Source of the DNA: Spirochaetota bacterium
Lineage (GTDB): Bacteria; Spirochaetota; UBA4802; UBA5550
NCBI GenBank assembly: GCA_963664815.2
Contig: CAXXHB010000003.1
Location: 32,001 to 96,000, forward strand
Direction of reading: 5' to 3'
DNA: 64,000 nucleotides
In this document: positions 42,494 to 54,839 of the stretch, one piece after another
How positions within the stretch are numbered: position 1 is the stretch's first letter
How the letters are laid out: every line of letters starts with the position of its first letter
Made by a program: the position numbers and the translations under genes
The notes under the pieces: model-generated
Told to the model about the DNA's origin: nothing
Database searches by the model: none
What the model saw: the letters and a program-made list of their open reading frames with translations, nothing else

Positions 42494-44344
42494 TTAAATA
42501 TCCTGATGTTTAAAGTAAATGGAGGTTGTGGTTCCATTTTCACTATTAATTTTTAAATTACCGTCAATCTGCCTTGTGAGTATCGATACAAGCATTAAAC
42601 CCATGCTTGCTGAATCTTCAATATTGAAGTCATCCGGCATGCCTATACCGTCATCTGAAACACTGAGTATTAATAAATCATCTGATTTATGCAGAGACAC
42701 CCTGATCTCCCCATTCATGGTGCCGGGGTATGCATATTTTAATGAGTTTGTAATTAACTCATTAAGGATAAGACCCAATGGTATTAGTCTTTTTAAATCA
42801 AGCTTAACATCATCCAGTGTTGTTATAAGTCTGCCCGTAGTGGAATCAAAGTTATATGTTCTGAATATCGAATCGGTCAGACTTTTTATGTAAACATTCA
42901 GATCAATCCTGTCCAGATTTTTGGAACTATAAAGCTGTTCATATATTGCCGACATGGAATTAATACGCGAAATTGCATCGGCAAATATATTCCGGGCATC
43001 ATCATCCCTGATCTTATCCATGCCGAGGTGCAGCAGGCTGGCTATTATATTCATATTGTTTTTAACCCGGTGCTGAAGCTCCTTCAGCAGGATTTCCTTT
43101 TCACTGATCAGTCTTCGCAGGCTCTCTTCGGCATGTTTCTGGTCAGTTATATCCTGGTTGGCGCCATACCATTTAATAATTTCTCCCATGGAATTTCTGA
43201 TTACCCGCGCAAGAACGGCAATAATGCGTATTTCGCCGTCTCTGCAGATAATGCGGTGTTCAAGGCGTGTAGTATATTCCGGATTCTTATTTTCCAGAGC
43301 TTTGTCTATTTCCTGTTTAACTATAAATGCATCATCAGGGTGAACAAATTCCTTCGCATATTTTTCCATAGGCATTATTAAGCCCTCTATTGCTGCGCTT
43401 GTCCGGTAAATTTTATAGAATTCATCATTAAAAGTAAAACTACCTGTTTTAAAGTCATAGTCCCATGGGCCAAGTTGCGACAGTTCCGCGGCAAGAGAAA
43501 GAATGACCTGGCCTGATTTAATTAACTCCTCGTCAGCCTTTCTTTCTGTGATATCCTGGTTGATCCCGTGAATTTTCTTAAACAGATTATCATGTTCTTT
43601 TTCAACAAACAGCCATACGTTTACCCAGAATTTTTCATGATTTTCACGTAACATCTGTATTTCTATTTGCTCATGAAAATCGGGATCTTCTGACACAATA
43701 GCCTTGGTGATAAAATGCTTGAACTCTGCAGAAGATTCCGGAGCAATATATTTATCCATGAATACTTTCATTGACATTTTATAATCACCGGCATTGCTCA
43801 ACTGTATACCATGCATGTTATAAAACCGTTGATTAAAATAAAAAACACCTGTTGTTATATCCAGTTCCCAGTATGCCATATTTGCTGCCTGCATTGCATC
43901 TTCGTATTTATGATTTAACTGCAGTATTAATTTTTCTGCCTGTTTATTTTCCGTGATATCAGTAACAAAATTGAGAGTTGCGGGTTTCCCGTTCCAGTAG
44001 AAGAGAATAGCGTTAAGCTCAATCCATCGGATTGTTCCGTCTTTATTAATTATTCTGAACTGATAAATGTGGGGAACATAGTCACCTCTGATCCGGCTCA
44101 GATGATTTTCCATAACTATGTTACGATCTTCAGTATAAATAAAGTCGATAAACTGGCGTGAATACATCTCCTCTTTTGTATAACCTGTTAATTTTGTTGT
44201 GGCAGGATTAACATATTTCAGAGTATTATCCTGTGCAATAAATATGGCCTCTTTCGCATTTTCAATCAGCTGCTCATATAACCTGCCGGCTTCAGAGAAA
44301 ATATTTACAGTTGAATTATTTCCGTTTTTTTCTGATTTATCCAT
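42494..44344 (-). CDS. Cytoplasmic PAS sensor kinase, HisKA_2 type
   Basis: Three PAS domains, ELQHRVKNN H-box, NELITNSLKYA and MGLMLV. Confidence 0.93.
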   Translation of the reverse strand: MDKSEKNGNNSTVNIFSEAGRLYEQLIENAKEAIFIAQDNTLKYVNPATTKLTGYTKEEMYSRQFIDFIYTEDRNIVMENHLSRIRGDYVPHIYQFRIINKDGTIRWIELNAILFYWNGKPATLNFVTDITENKQAEKLILQLNHKYEDAMQAANMAYWELDITTGVFYFNQRFYNMHGIQLSNAGDYKMSMKVFMDKYIAPESSAEFKHFITKAIVSEDPDFHEQIEIQMLRENHEKFWVNVWLFVEKEHDNLFKKIHGINQDITERKADEELIKSGQVILSLAAELSQLGPWDYDFKTGSFTFNDEFYKIYRTSAAIEGLIMPMEKYAKEFVHPDDAFIVKQEIDKALENKNPEYTTRLEHRIICRDGEIRIIAVLARVIRNSMGEIIKWYGANQDITDQKHAEESLRRLISEKEILLKELQHRVKNNMNIIASLLHLGMDKIRDDDARNIFADAISRINSMSAIYEQLYSSKNLDRIDLNVYIKSLTDSIFRTYNFDSTTGRLITTLDDVKLDLKRLIPLGLILNELITNSLKYAYPGTMNGEIRVSLHKSDDLLILSVSDDGIGMPDDFNIEDSASMGLMLVSILTRQIDGNLKINSENGTTTSIYFKHQDI

Positions 44345-44618
44345 TTAATTATTCCGGTTTTATAAAAGTGTTTTACACTCTTATAAATATATAATAAGGA
44401 ATATAACCGGAAAAACAAATTATTTGAAAGTAACGGCTGCGAAATTGAAACTAATATAACTGTTTATTTTATGTTAAAATATATGTTAAGGTATTAAGAA
44501 TGAAATTTTGTAAATTTCATTACGTCTGAAAATAACTCTACAGCGCTTTATCATTACATGTTAAATAAATTTAATTGACAGATGTTTTTCTGTAAATATA
44601 GGCTTATGGTATTTTTAA

Positions 44619-46280
44619 ATGGAATTCAAACGCTTGTCCACTCGAATACAGCTATTATTACTTGCTGCACTACTTGCATCTGCTCTCTGCTCAGGCTGCG
44701 GCAAGAAGGAAAAGGATGTCCCGTACGCCTCTGAAGGTGTAATAGATCTGCGCGGCCATGATTTCGGCAGCCGGGGGAGTGCAAGTCTCAGCGGAGACTG
44801 GGAATACTATCCTATGAAACTCCTGTCTCCGGATGATCTGGAAAAACAGGAGAATACCGGCAGCAGGAGATTTGCCCGTATACCCGGCAGATGGAACTCC
44901 GGATGGAGAGTATACTTCCCGTCTTACGCCAGGGGGTTCGCGACATATCGTATCAGGGTCATCACCGGGAAAGTCCATGACGACTATCTCTCTCTGAGAA
45001 TACCAGTAATACAGTCAGCATACAGACTTTATATCAATGGTAAATTAATTCACAGGGAGGGGAATCCCGGAACATCAGCCGGATCTGCTGTTTCGGCTTA
45101 CTCAGACAAGGTTGTGCTGCTTCCCCCTGCAGATGGAGTATATGATATAGTTATTCAGGTTTCAAATTATATTTCCCCCAGCGGAGGGATCACGAGAAGG
45201 CTCAGTATCGGAGAAATGTCATATCTTGCCGATTCACGTCAGATGGAGAATCTCCTCTCTGCATTTCTTGTAAGCGCACTGCTGCTTCTAGGATTGTACC
45301 AGCTGTTAATGTTTTCTTTGCAGCGCGCGGAATTGCGCTACCTCCATTTCGGGATCTTCTGCTGGTGCACTATGATATATTCAATTGGTCTTAATAATTC
45401 CTACTGGTATACTGTTTTCTCTTTTCTGAGCTGGCCGCGCACCTACAGCTGCATGGCGATCGCCATATATATGGGCGGCGCATTTATACTGGCCTACATC
45501 CGGCAGATTTTTTCACCGGATATCCCGCGCAGGATTTTATATGTGACTTTCACTGTTAATACCGCCCTTTCAGCAGTTATGGCGGTTATTCCGGCTGAGT
45601 ATTACGCCTATCTGCTTCCTGTATTACATGCCGACATTGTAATTATAATCATGATGTCTGCATTCTTCATTATGCGCTCATCCTCAAAGTACCGTGAGGA
45701 TGCTGTTTATGTATATCTCGGGCTTGCTATTTATGCGCTGACAACTGTGTTTGACATATTATCTGCGGCAGGAATTGCACCTGGCTTTCCTAAGACGGCC
45801 CAATGGGGAATTCTTGTTATATGCATTATCCAGGTTGTCGGCATGTCCCGGTATTTTATAAAGGCCCGTCACAGGTCTCTTCATCTTGCCGTAGATAACG
45901 AAAAACTCAGGTCTCTGCTCGCCGGGAGGATGAACGAGGGACAGTATTCAATCACTGAGAGTATAGAAGGTAAAATAAATACTGCCATAGCATACCTGCA
46001 TGAGAACTTTAAAGATGATATTTCAAGGGAAAACCTTGCAGCTGCGCTTGAACTTCACCCGGACAGCTTCAGCCGCTACTTCAGGCTTCATACCGGCAGG
46101 AAATACAGTGAATACATAAATGAACTGCGAATTAAAGAGGCAATCCGTCTCATCAGTGAAACTGATGACTCAATAATATCTATTGCGATGAATGTCGGTT
46201 ACAACAGTCTTCGCACATTCAACCACTCTTTTCTTTCCATTACCGGGCGTACACCTGGTGATTTCCGCAAGGCTCAGTAG
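44619..46280 (+). CDS. Membrane one-component regulator: extracellular sensor + 7TM-DISM-like + AraC HTH
   Basis: Lipobox-like CSGC, LSGDWEYY..ATYRIRV beta domain, about 7 TM segments, and IAMNVGYNSLRTFNHSF..TGRTP. Confidence 0.88.
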   Translation: MEFKRLSTRIQLLLLAALLASALCSGCGKKEKDVPYASEGVIDLRGHDFGSRGSASLSGDWEYYPMKLLSPDDLEKQENTGSRRFARIPGRWNSGWRVYFPSYARGFATYRIRVITGKVHDDYLSLRIPVIQSAYRLYINGKLIHREGNPGTSAGSAVSAYSDKVVLLPPADGVYDIVIQVSNYISPSGGITRRLSIGEMSYLADSRQMENLLSAFLVSALLLLGLYQLLMFSLQRAELRYLHFGIFCWCTMIYSIGLNNSYWYTVFSFLSWPRTYSCMAIAIYMGGAFILAYIRQIFSPDIPRRILYVTFTVNTALSAVMAVIPAEYYAYLLPVLHADIVIIIMMSAFFIMRSSSKYREDAVYVYLGLAIYALTTVFDILSAAGIAPGFPKTAQWGILVICIIQVVGMSRYFIKARHRSLHLAVDNEKLRSLLAGRMNEGQYSITESIEGKINTAIAYLHENFKDDISRENLAAALELHPDSFSRYFRLHTGRKYSEYINELRIKEAIRLISETDDSIISIAMNVGYNSLRTFNHSFLSITGRTPGDFRKAQ

Positions 46281-46806
46281 CATTTAAAATTCTTTTTTCC
46301 CCATTTCCTTTATGTAGAGTCTGAATTTTTCTACAGGGTTGTAAGTCGGGAACCATTTAAATCCGATGCTGTCACTGTCCGGTTCTCCCTTCAGCCCTGA
46401 GTGGTTACCCCGTGCCATAAAAAAACTTCGCTTCTGCTGATTTTAAAGATAAACTGTCATCAGCGTGAAATATTGCAGGAAAGGCCTGAAATTCAAATGG
46501 ATTTTTTTTAGAGTAAAAAATATTATAAGTAGACTGAAAAACCGTGTTTAACTGTTCAGTTGTTTATTATTAAACAGTTTTTTTTCAGATATTTTATTCT
46601 GTTACAGGCTGGAATATCAACATAAAGTAAACATTTATTCTTATCAGGTGAAATGGATCAAAAATATCTGATGTGTAAAAAGCGGTAATATATACACATA
46701 TTTCATGAAATTAACCCCGAAAGTTTATGTATTTTAGTAATGAATTAAAAAAATTCCTCTTGCAAATATTATTATATTATATAAAAATATTCAAATATCT
46801 TATATT

Positions 46807-47005
46807 ATAGCAGTTAACGGTTGAATCAGTATACTCATTGTCATTTTTGCGAAGGCGGGAATCCCATAGAACAAGTATTATGAGATTCCGACAGTACAGC
46901 CACGATGGTTGTCTGTAAGCACAAAACAGAATGTTTTATAATTCTTGCCTTAGTTATAACTACGGCCGGAATGGTATGGTGCTAATTTTTTCGTGAAATG
47001 CTATA
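46807..47005. mobile_element. MITE-like element with a nested degenerate REP
   Basis: Ends TATAGCAGTT / AAATGCTATA (9/10 inverted match). Internal GTCATTTTTGCGAAGGCGGGAATCCC..GAGATTCCG..CCGGAATG. Confidence 0.45.
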
Positions 47006-47062
47006 GTTTTACTGGTCGTCAGAGCATTAATAGAAAAATACAATACGGGATGGAGAATTGAA

Positions 47063-47992
47063 ATGCGGAGAACTATTTTATTTTTTATTTCTTTAGCAGT
47101 ACTTTTTGCAGGATGTGGCGGTCTTGAAATGCAGATCAAAGATGCTTATGTTTATAGCCCTGTATCTCATTTAAAGGCAAAGTATCCGATTAAAGTTGTG
47201 ATATCAGGAAAATATGTTTCAAAAGAAGTTATATTGAAAGATGATATTTCCCAGATATGTAAAACAGAACTGGAATCTCTTAAATTGTTTACCGAAGTGG
47301 GCAATAAAGCCTCCGGAGGATATGATGTTGGAATTGATATGGATTTCTCCGAGGCAAAGGTTAACGGCAAACCCGGCCTGGTTCTGAATATAAGTATGAA
47401 ACAGTTTCCGGACAAAAAGCTTATTTATAAAACAAAGTACTCGGGAGCAGGGGAGGATGACAGTTATAAAAACTCCGAACAGTTTGCGGCCCTTTTGAAA
47501 AATGTTATCACTCAGTTTACCACTGATATTGATGCGAAATTTGCATTGTATGCCAAAGAAGGAAACCTTCCGGTAAACCGTTCAGGTAAAGAGGTAATCT
47601 GCGCAGTATTTAAATTTAAAGATACTGTGGAGAATGAACAATATGGTGATGCCGTATCAGGGATAATGATGGCAAACCTGACAAAAACAGAGAATGTTAA
47701 AATTGTTGAGCGGGACAGGATCCAGCAGGCAGTAAATGAGCTGCAGCTTCAGAGTTCCGGTATTTCAGATCCGGATAATGCCAAGAAAGTAGGGCAGTTT
47801 CTTAATGCTGATTTTTTAATATATGGCGATGTTTCAAAAATTAAAAACACCTACCACATAGTAATGCATGTTGTGGATGTTAAACTCGGGCAGATTGTTA
47901 TATCAAAGGATATCTCTGCGGACGATCCCGACAAGTTTGATCAGATTATTCAGCAGCAGGCAAATTATGTTTCACAGTTTGTATCCAGATAA
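47063..47992 (+). CDS. Lipoprotein with a C-terminal CsgG/TolB-N-like domain
   Basis: Lipobox FAGC; VKIVERDRIQQAVNELQLQSSG..AKKVGQFLNADFLIYG. Confidence 0.82.
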   Translation: MRRTILFFISLAVLFAGCGGLEMQIKDAYVYSPVSHLKAKYPIKVVISGKYVSKEVILKDDISQICKTELESLKLFTEVGNKASGGYDVGIDMDFSEAKVNGKPGLVLNISMKQFPDKKLIYKTKYSGAGEDDSYKNSEQFAALLKNVITQFTTDIDAKFALYAKEGNLPVNRSGKEVICAVFKFKDTVENEQYGDAVSGIMMANLTKTENVKIVERDRIQQAVNELQLQSSGISDPDNAKKVGQFLNADFLIYGDVSKIKNTYHIVMHVVDVKLGQIVISKDISADDPDKFDQIIQQQANYVSQFVSR

Positions 47993-48008
47993 TTTAAAAT
48001 TATAACTG

Positions 48009-48046
48009 ATAATAAAAAACCCCGGAATTGCGGGGTTTTTTATTAT
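48009..48046 (+). terminator. Intrinsic terminator (bidirectional type)
   Basis: ATAATAAAAAACCCCG-GAATTG-CGGGGTTTTTTATTAT. Confidence 0.88.
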
Positions 48047-48091
48047 TCAGATACTGACTCTAAAAGTCAAAATTTCATCTCTTTGAATTTT

Positions 48092-48129
48092 AATCCCGGT
48101 AATCCCTTAATCCTGTAATCTTGTTCAGA
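48092..48129. repeat. 38-bp direct repeat, copy 1
   Basis: AATCCCGGTAATCCCTTAATCCTGTAATCTTGTTCAGA; 35/38 identical to 49003-49040. Confidence 0.85.
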
Positions 48130-48321
48130 CTTTTATCCGCAAAATCGTACAGGTTCACCTGCGTCGGGATATTGTTACACTGTTTTTCTGAAAAAATATT
48201 ATTCCTGAAATTTTTAAAAAATCTGCTTGCCCCATGTCATTTGCTTTTCCGGACTGGTTATATAGAGACATAAGTCTCAATATAACGACAAAAAATAATA
48301 ATAAATAAGGAGAGTAAATGA

Positions 48322-48861
48322 ATGGCACAAGTAAAGCTTCACCCCTACTTAAGAACTGCGCATGGAGGTCTGGATGGTCTTGTGCTTTACAGGCGCTATG
48401 GAAAGATCTACATTAAAAGACGCACAATTCCCAATAATCCCCGCACAGAACCGCAGGTGAAATGCAGGGGTAATTTCAGCGTCAGTGTAAAGGCATGGCA
48501 GGTACTTCCGGAAGAGGAGAAGAACATTTACAGAATAAGGGCAAAGAGGAAAAAGAAGTCAGGTTACAGTCTCTTTATGTCGGAATATCTCCGTGGCATT
48601 GCACCCGGTTCCCCTGTAACTCCATCGGGAAGCATCGGAACGGGGGATGCAGCGATTGTATCCGCTTCAGGTGAAGTTACAGAAAATACATGTTACTATT
48701 CAGAAAACAGCAAATCAGCAGATGGGCAGAATAATTTTTATATGGTAAAAGATAAAAGTACATCTGTTAAAACGGGACTTAAACAGTATGAAGATCCTGT
48801 TAAAAACCGTTTCAATACCGTTTCAACACCGTTACCGACAGAGAAAAAAACACGTTTTTAA
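48322..48861 (+). CDS. Small basic hypothetical protein, putative nucleic-acid binding
   Basis: AAGGAG RBS. Basic N-terminal ~90 aa (HGGLDGLVLY..PNNPRTEPQ..R..F..AW..L..EEK..Y..SGYSLFMSEYL), then a low-complexity tail. Confidence 0.75.
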   Translation: MAQVKLHPYLRTAHGGLDGLVLYRRYGKIYIKRRTIPNNPRTEPQVKCRGNFSVSVKAWQVLPEEEKNIYRIRAKRKKKSGYSLFMSEYLRGIAPGSPVTPSGSIGTGDAAIVSASGEVTENTCYYSENSKSADGQNNFYMVKDKSTSVKTGLKQYEDPVKNRFNTVSTPLPTEKKTRF

Positions 48862-48902
48862 CTGTCAGCAGCGTGTTTGAGGCGAAATTGAGGCGAAATT
48901 GA
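48764..48902. repeat. 11-bp-period tandem repeats
   Basis: CTGTTAAAA at 48764 and 48797 (33 bp apart); ACCGTTTCAA[T/C] x2 + ACCGTT at 48806-48833; TTGAGGCGAAA x2 + TTGA at 48877-48902. Confidence 0.7.
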
Positions 48903-49002
48903 CTTCTTGGTAAAGAGAGTCAGGAATTTGTCATAAATATGCCATGGAATTGCATGTACACGATGTAGAGGAAGCTCGTACACGGTCAGTGTATTCGCAG
49001 TA

Positions 49003-49040
49003 AATCCCGCTAATCCCTTAATCCTGAAATCGTGTTCAGA
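49003..49040. repeat. 38-bp direct repeat, copy 2
   Basis: AATCCCGCTAATCCCTTAATCCTGAAATCGTGTTCAGA. Confidence 0.85.
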
Positions 49041-49160
49041 ATTATATATATAACAGGTTTAAGTTCGGGACTGGCTTCTTCGCAGCGATCCACCCGGATT
49101 ATCTGATAATTTCTTGACGACTCAGGTTATGATTGATTTAACTACTGTTATGGAGACTCT

Positions 49161-50156
49161 ATGAAAAAGGCACGTTATATATTTCTTGCTGTGGGAATAA
49201 TTCTTCTTGTTTTACTATTTGCAGTTTTCGGAATTAAAAAACCGGTTATGCAGATTATTGATTTCGGCTGGAGATTCTGGATATGCGTGCTGATATACAT
49301 GTTCAATCAGCTTCTGCTCACCTATGGCTGGATGGTTCTTATTACTTATCCATTGAAGGCCCGTCAATATTTTGATGTTCTTCTGGCAAGAATTGCGGGA
49401 GATTCAACTACAACTATAAACACAGCAGCCGGAATAGCCGGCGATGCGTTAAAGGCAATGTATTTAAAGGACGTTGTTCCCTTTAAAATAGGGTTCGCAT
49501 CTGTTGTAATGGACAGAACAATCCACATGGCGGGAAACACGTTGCTGATTCTCACGGGATTGTTTGTAGGTTTTTTTAAACTCAATATGCCCTTCTATGT
49601 CCTTGCGGGAATTTTTTTATTTTTCTCGGTTTTTATGGGGCTTTTGATATATATAATGAAGAAACAGAAGGATGGATTTATAAAATACGGTATATCAATG
49701 CTTCCGGTAAAATTCAGAGAAAAGATTTATGCATCTGAAAGCAGAAAAGAGAAGATAAATAATATTGATCAGGAGATCAGCTTTATTTTCAACAGCAGGG
49801 AAAATCTCAATCATTTCTGGATATCTCTCTGTATGCATACACTCCCTGTTATGGCGGCCGGCACGTTTGAGATTTTCATTATAATGTATTATGCGGGGGG
49901 GAGCGCAACAATACTCGATGCAATGTTCGTTTACCTGTTTGGACTTTTTATTGCGGCTGCGGCATTCTTTGTGCCGCTTAATATAGGTACAAGCGAGGGT
50001 TCTTACTCAATGGTACTGGCGTTTCTGGGTTATGATCCGGTTCTCGGATTAACTGTAGGTATTATCCGCCGCCTGAGAGCGCTGGTGTGGTCTGGTATCG
50101 GGTTGTTGCTTCTTTTCCATAAAGGACTTACGGGGAAGGACGCGGGAATTGAATAG
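49161..50156 (+). CDS. LPG_synthase_TM / YbhN-family flippase-like membrane protein
   Basis: GIAGDALKA, SVVMDR, FFVPLNIGTSEG and IIRRLR; multi-TM. Confidence 0.82.
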   Translation: MKKARYIFLAVGIILLVLLFAVFGIKKPVMQIIDFGWRFWICVLIYMFNQLLLTYGWMVLITYPLKARQYFDVLLARIAGDSTTTINTAAGIAGDALKAMYLKDVVPFKIGFASVVMDRTIHMAGNTLLILTGLFVGFFKLNMPFYVLAGIFLFFSVFMGLLIYIMKKQKDGFIKYGISMLPVKFREKIYASESRKEKINNIDQEISFIFNSRENLNHFWISLCMHTLPVMAAGTFEIFIIMYYAGGSATILDAMFVYLFGLFIAAAAFFVPLNIGTSEGSYSMVLAFLGYDPVLGLTVGIIRRLRALVWSGIGLLLLFHKGLTGKDAGIE

Positions 50157-50180
50157 AATAATAAAAAACGGATGGAATAA

Positions 50181-51848
50181 ATGAAGAGAGTACAACCGCT
50201 ATCTGACAGAATTGAACAGATGAAAGAGCCGCTGTTTTTGTTTTTTCTTTTTATAACAACACTGATATTCAGACTGCCGACTTTATTTAATGATTTCTAT
50301 GATGTGGACGAACTTGCTGCGATTGTCCAGACAAAAGAATTCCTCGCGGGATTCAAACCTGGAATTGATTTTTCAGAAAGCAAACTTCCCCTTTTTCATA
50401 CAATATATAAATTCTCCTATGGCATCAATGCTGCGTATGGATGGGTAATAGTTCATGCTGTAACAATTATTATTGTTTTCCTTACGGCACTTTCAGTCTA
50501 TTATATCGGCAGAGTGGTACGTGACCGGAGGACCGGTATTATAGCATCAATAATGTATGCTGTTCTTATCTCCTCTTTCAACAGGCATTTTATGGCGACA
50601 AACGGGGAGGTGATATATAATCTCCCGATCACGGCCGGGTTGCTCTTTTTTATTTTAATGATTAAAAACCGGTCCTGGTATTTAAGAATGCTTTATTCTG
50701 CTTTTATATTCATTGCTGTATACGCAGCAATGAATATTAAGGTTCATGGGGTAATACTGCTTTTATTTATTGCTTTCTTCATTATTCTGTATATCCCATA
50801 TTACCGTAATATTTTATCGCGAAGGATTTTACCATACATGGTAACAGCGGCGGTTGTTTTACTTGTTTTTACCATTGATTATTTTATAACAAAGAAATTT
50901 GCCTCCGGGATGATAAGCAGACTGCTGAATCTTTTGTTTTATGCCACATCAGATCGCAGCAGTAATCCACTTTTCCTGATCGGAGTATACACATACAGGC
51001 AGTTGACGCTTGGATTATGGCATATGGTTCTATGGGTACCGGCAGCGGTGTACATGTACAGGTTTGTCCGCAGCAGATTCAGGAGAGATACAATAGAGGA
51101 ATCGGCTGTGGCTATTTTTGCGCTGATTACCTTTCTTATGGTTTTCGCCGGGGGCGCCCGGCTTTATTACCACTATTTTATGACGACGTATCCTTCACTA
51201 TGTGTTATCGCTGCCATTGCGCTGGTTGCTGCTGATTCTTCTGCGGTTAAGAAAATCTATTCAAACATTACAATCGCTTTTTTAATTCCGGGATTGTTTT
51301 TTCTTTCATGGAATATTAAGGATATATATATTAAGTATTATAACCGGGAACTTTTTTATAATGAACCAGCGCCGCTTTTCTGGTTTCGTGCTGTTGTTGT
51401 AAGCTCGATGGATGACTATTTGCTGCCGAACGGCATTTATGTAAATACCGTTGAGTATATAAAAAACAGCACAAAACCTGATGAAACAATATTTGTCTGG
51501 GGTGATGGTCCGCATCTTTATTATTTCTCAGACCGGAGAATAGCAATACATCATGTATGGCCGAAAGGTATAGCATTAAGGATAGAACGGCTTTACAGGG
51601 AAAACAGTACCGGATCTTTATCTGAAGCTGAGATACTGGAGAATGGGTTTATCGTAAATATGGAAAGTAAAAAGCCGGCTCTGTTTATTGATACCTCGCC
51701 TAAAGGGCTTCACCGTGGCATAACAAGGTTCGGCAGTTTCGCCATGTATCCCTGCAAAGTTCCACCTCTTATGAAAAAGTATCTTGATGATCATTACCGG
51801 CTTGAAAAGGTAGTTGATGATTACAGAATATACCGGCGCGTCAGATAA
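50181..51848 (+). CDS. GT-C fold (ArnT/PMT-like) membrane glycosyltransferase
   Basis: DVDE after TM1, KLPL, ATNGE, YYHYF and PDETIFVWG. Confidence 0.82.
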   Translation: MKRVQPLSDRIEQMKEPLFLFFLFITTLIFRLPTLFNDFYDVDELAAIVQTKEFLAGFKPGIDFSESKLPLFHTIYKFSYGINAAYGWVIVHAVTIIIVFLTALSVYYIGRVVRDRRTGIIASIMYAVLISSFNRHFMATNGEVIYNLPITAGLLFFILMIKNRSWYLRMLYSAFIFIAVYAAMNIKVHGVILLLFIAFFIILYIPYYRNILSRRILPYMVTAAVVLLVFTIDYFITKKFASGMISRLLNLLFYATSDRSSNPLFLIGVYTYRQLTLGLWHMVLWVPAAVYMYRFVRSRFRRDTIEESAVAIFALITFLMVFAGGARLYYHYFMTTYPSLCVIAAIALVAADSSAVKKIYSNITIAFLIPGLFFLSWNIKDIYIKYYNRELFYNEPAPLFWFRAVVVSSMDDYLLPNGIYVNTVEYIKNSTKPDETIFVWGDGPHLYYFSDRRIAIHHVWPKGIALRIERLYRENSTGSLSEAEILENGFIVNMESKKPALFIDTSPKGLHRGITRFGSFAMYPCKVPPLMKKYLDDHYRLEKVVDDYRIYRRVR

Positions 51849-51874
51849 TAAGGAGAACCCGGTTTTTTGTTACA

Positions 51875-54825
<2,951 letters not shown>

Positions 54826-54839
54826 TTTATTCTCCTCTG

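Noticed and set aside
46284-46417. ~44-codon minus-strand ORF (MARGNHSGLKGEPD...)
   Set aside because: No RBS and no recognisable motif; could be a remnant but cannot be supported.
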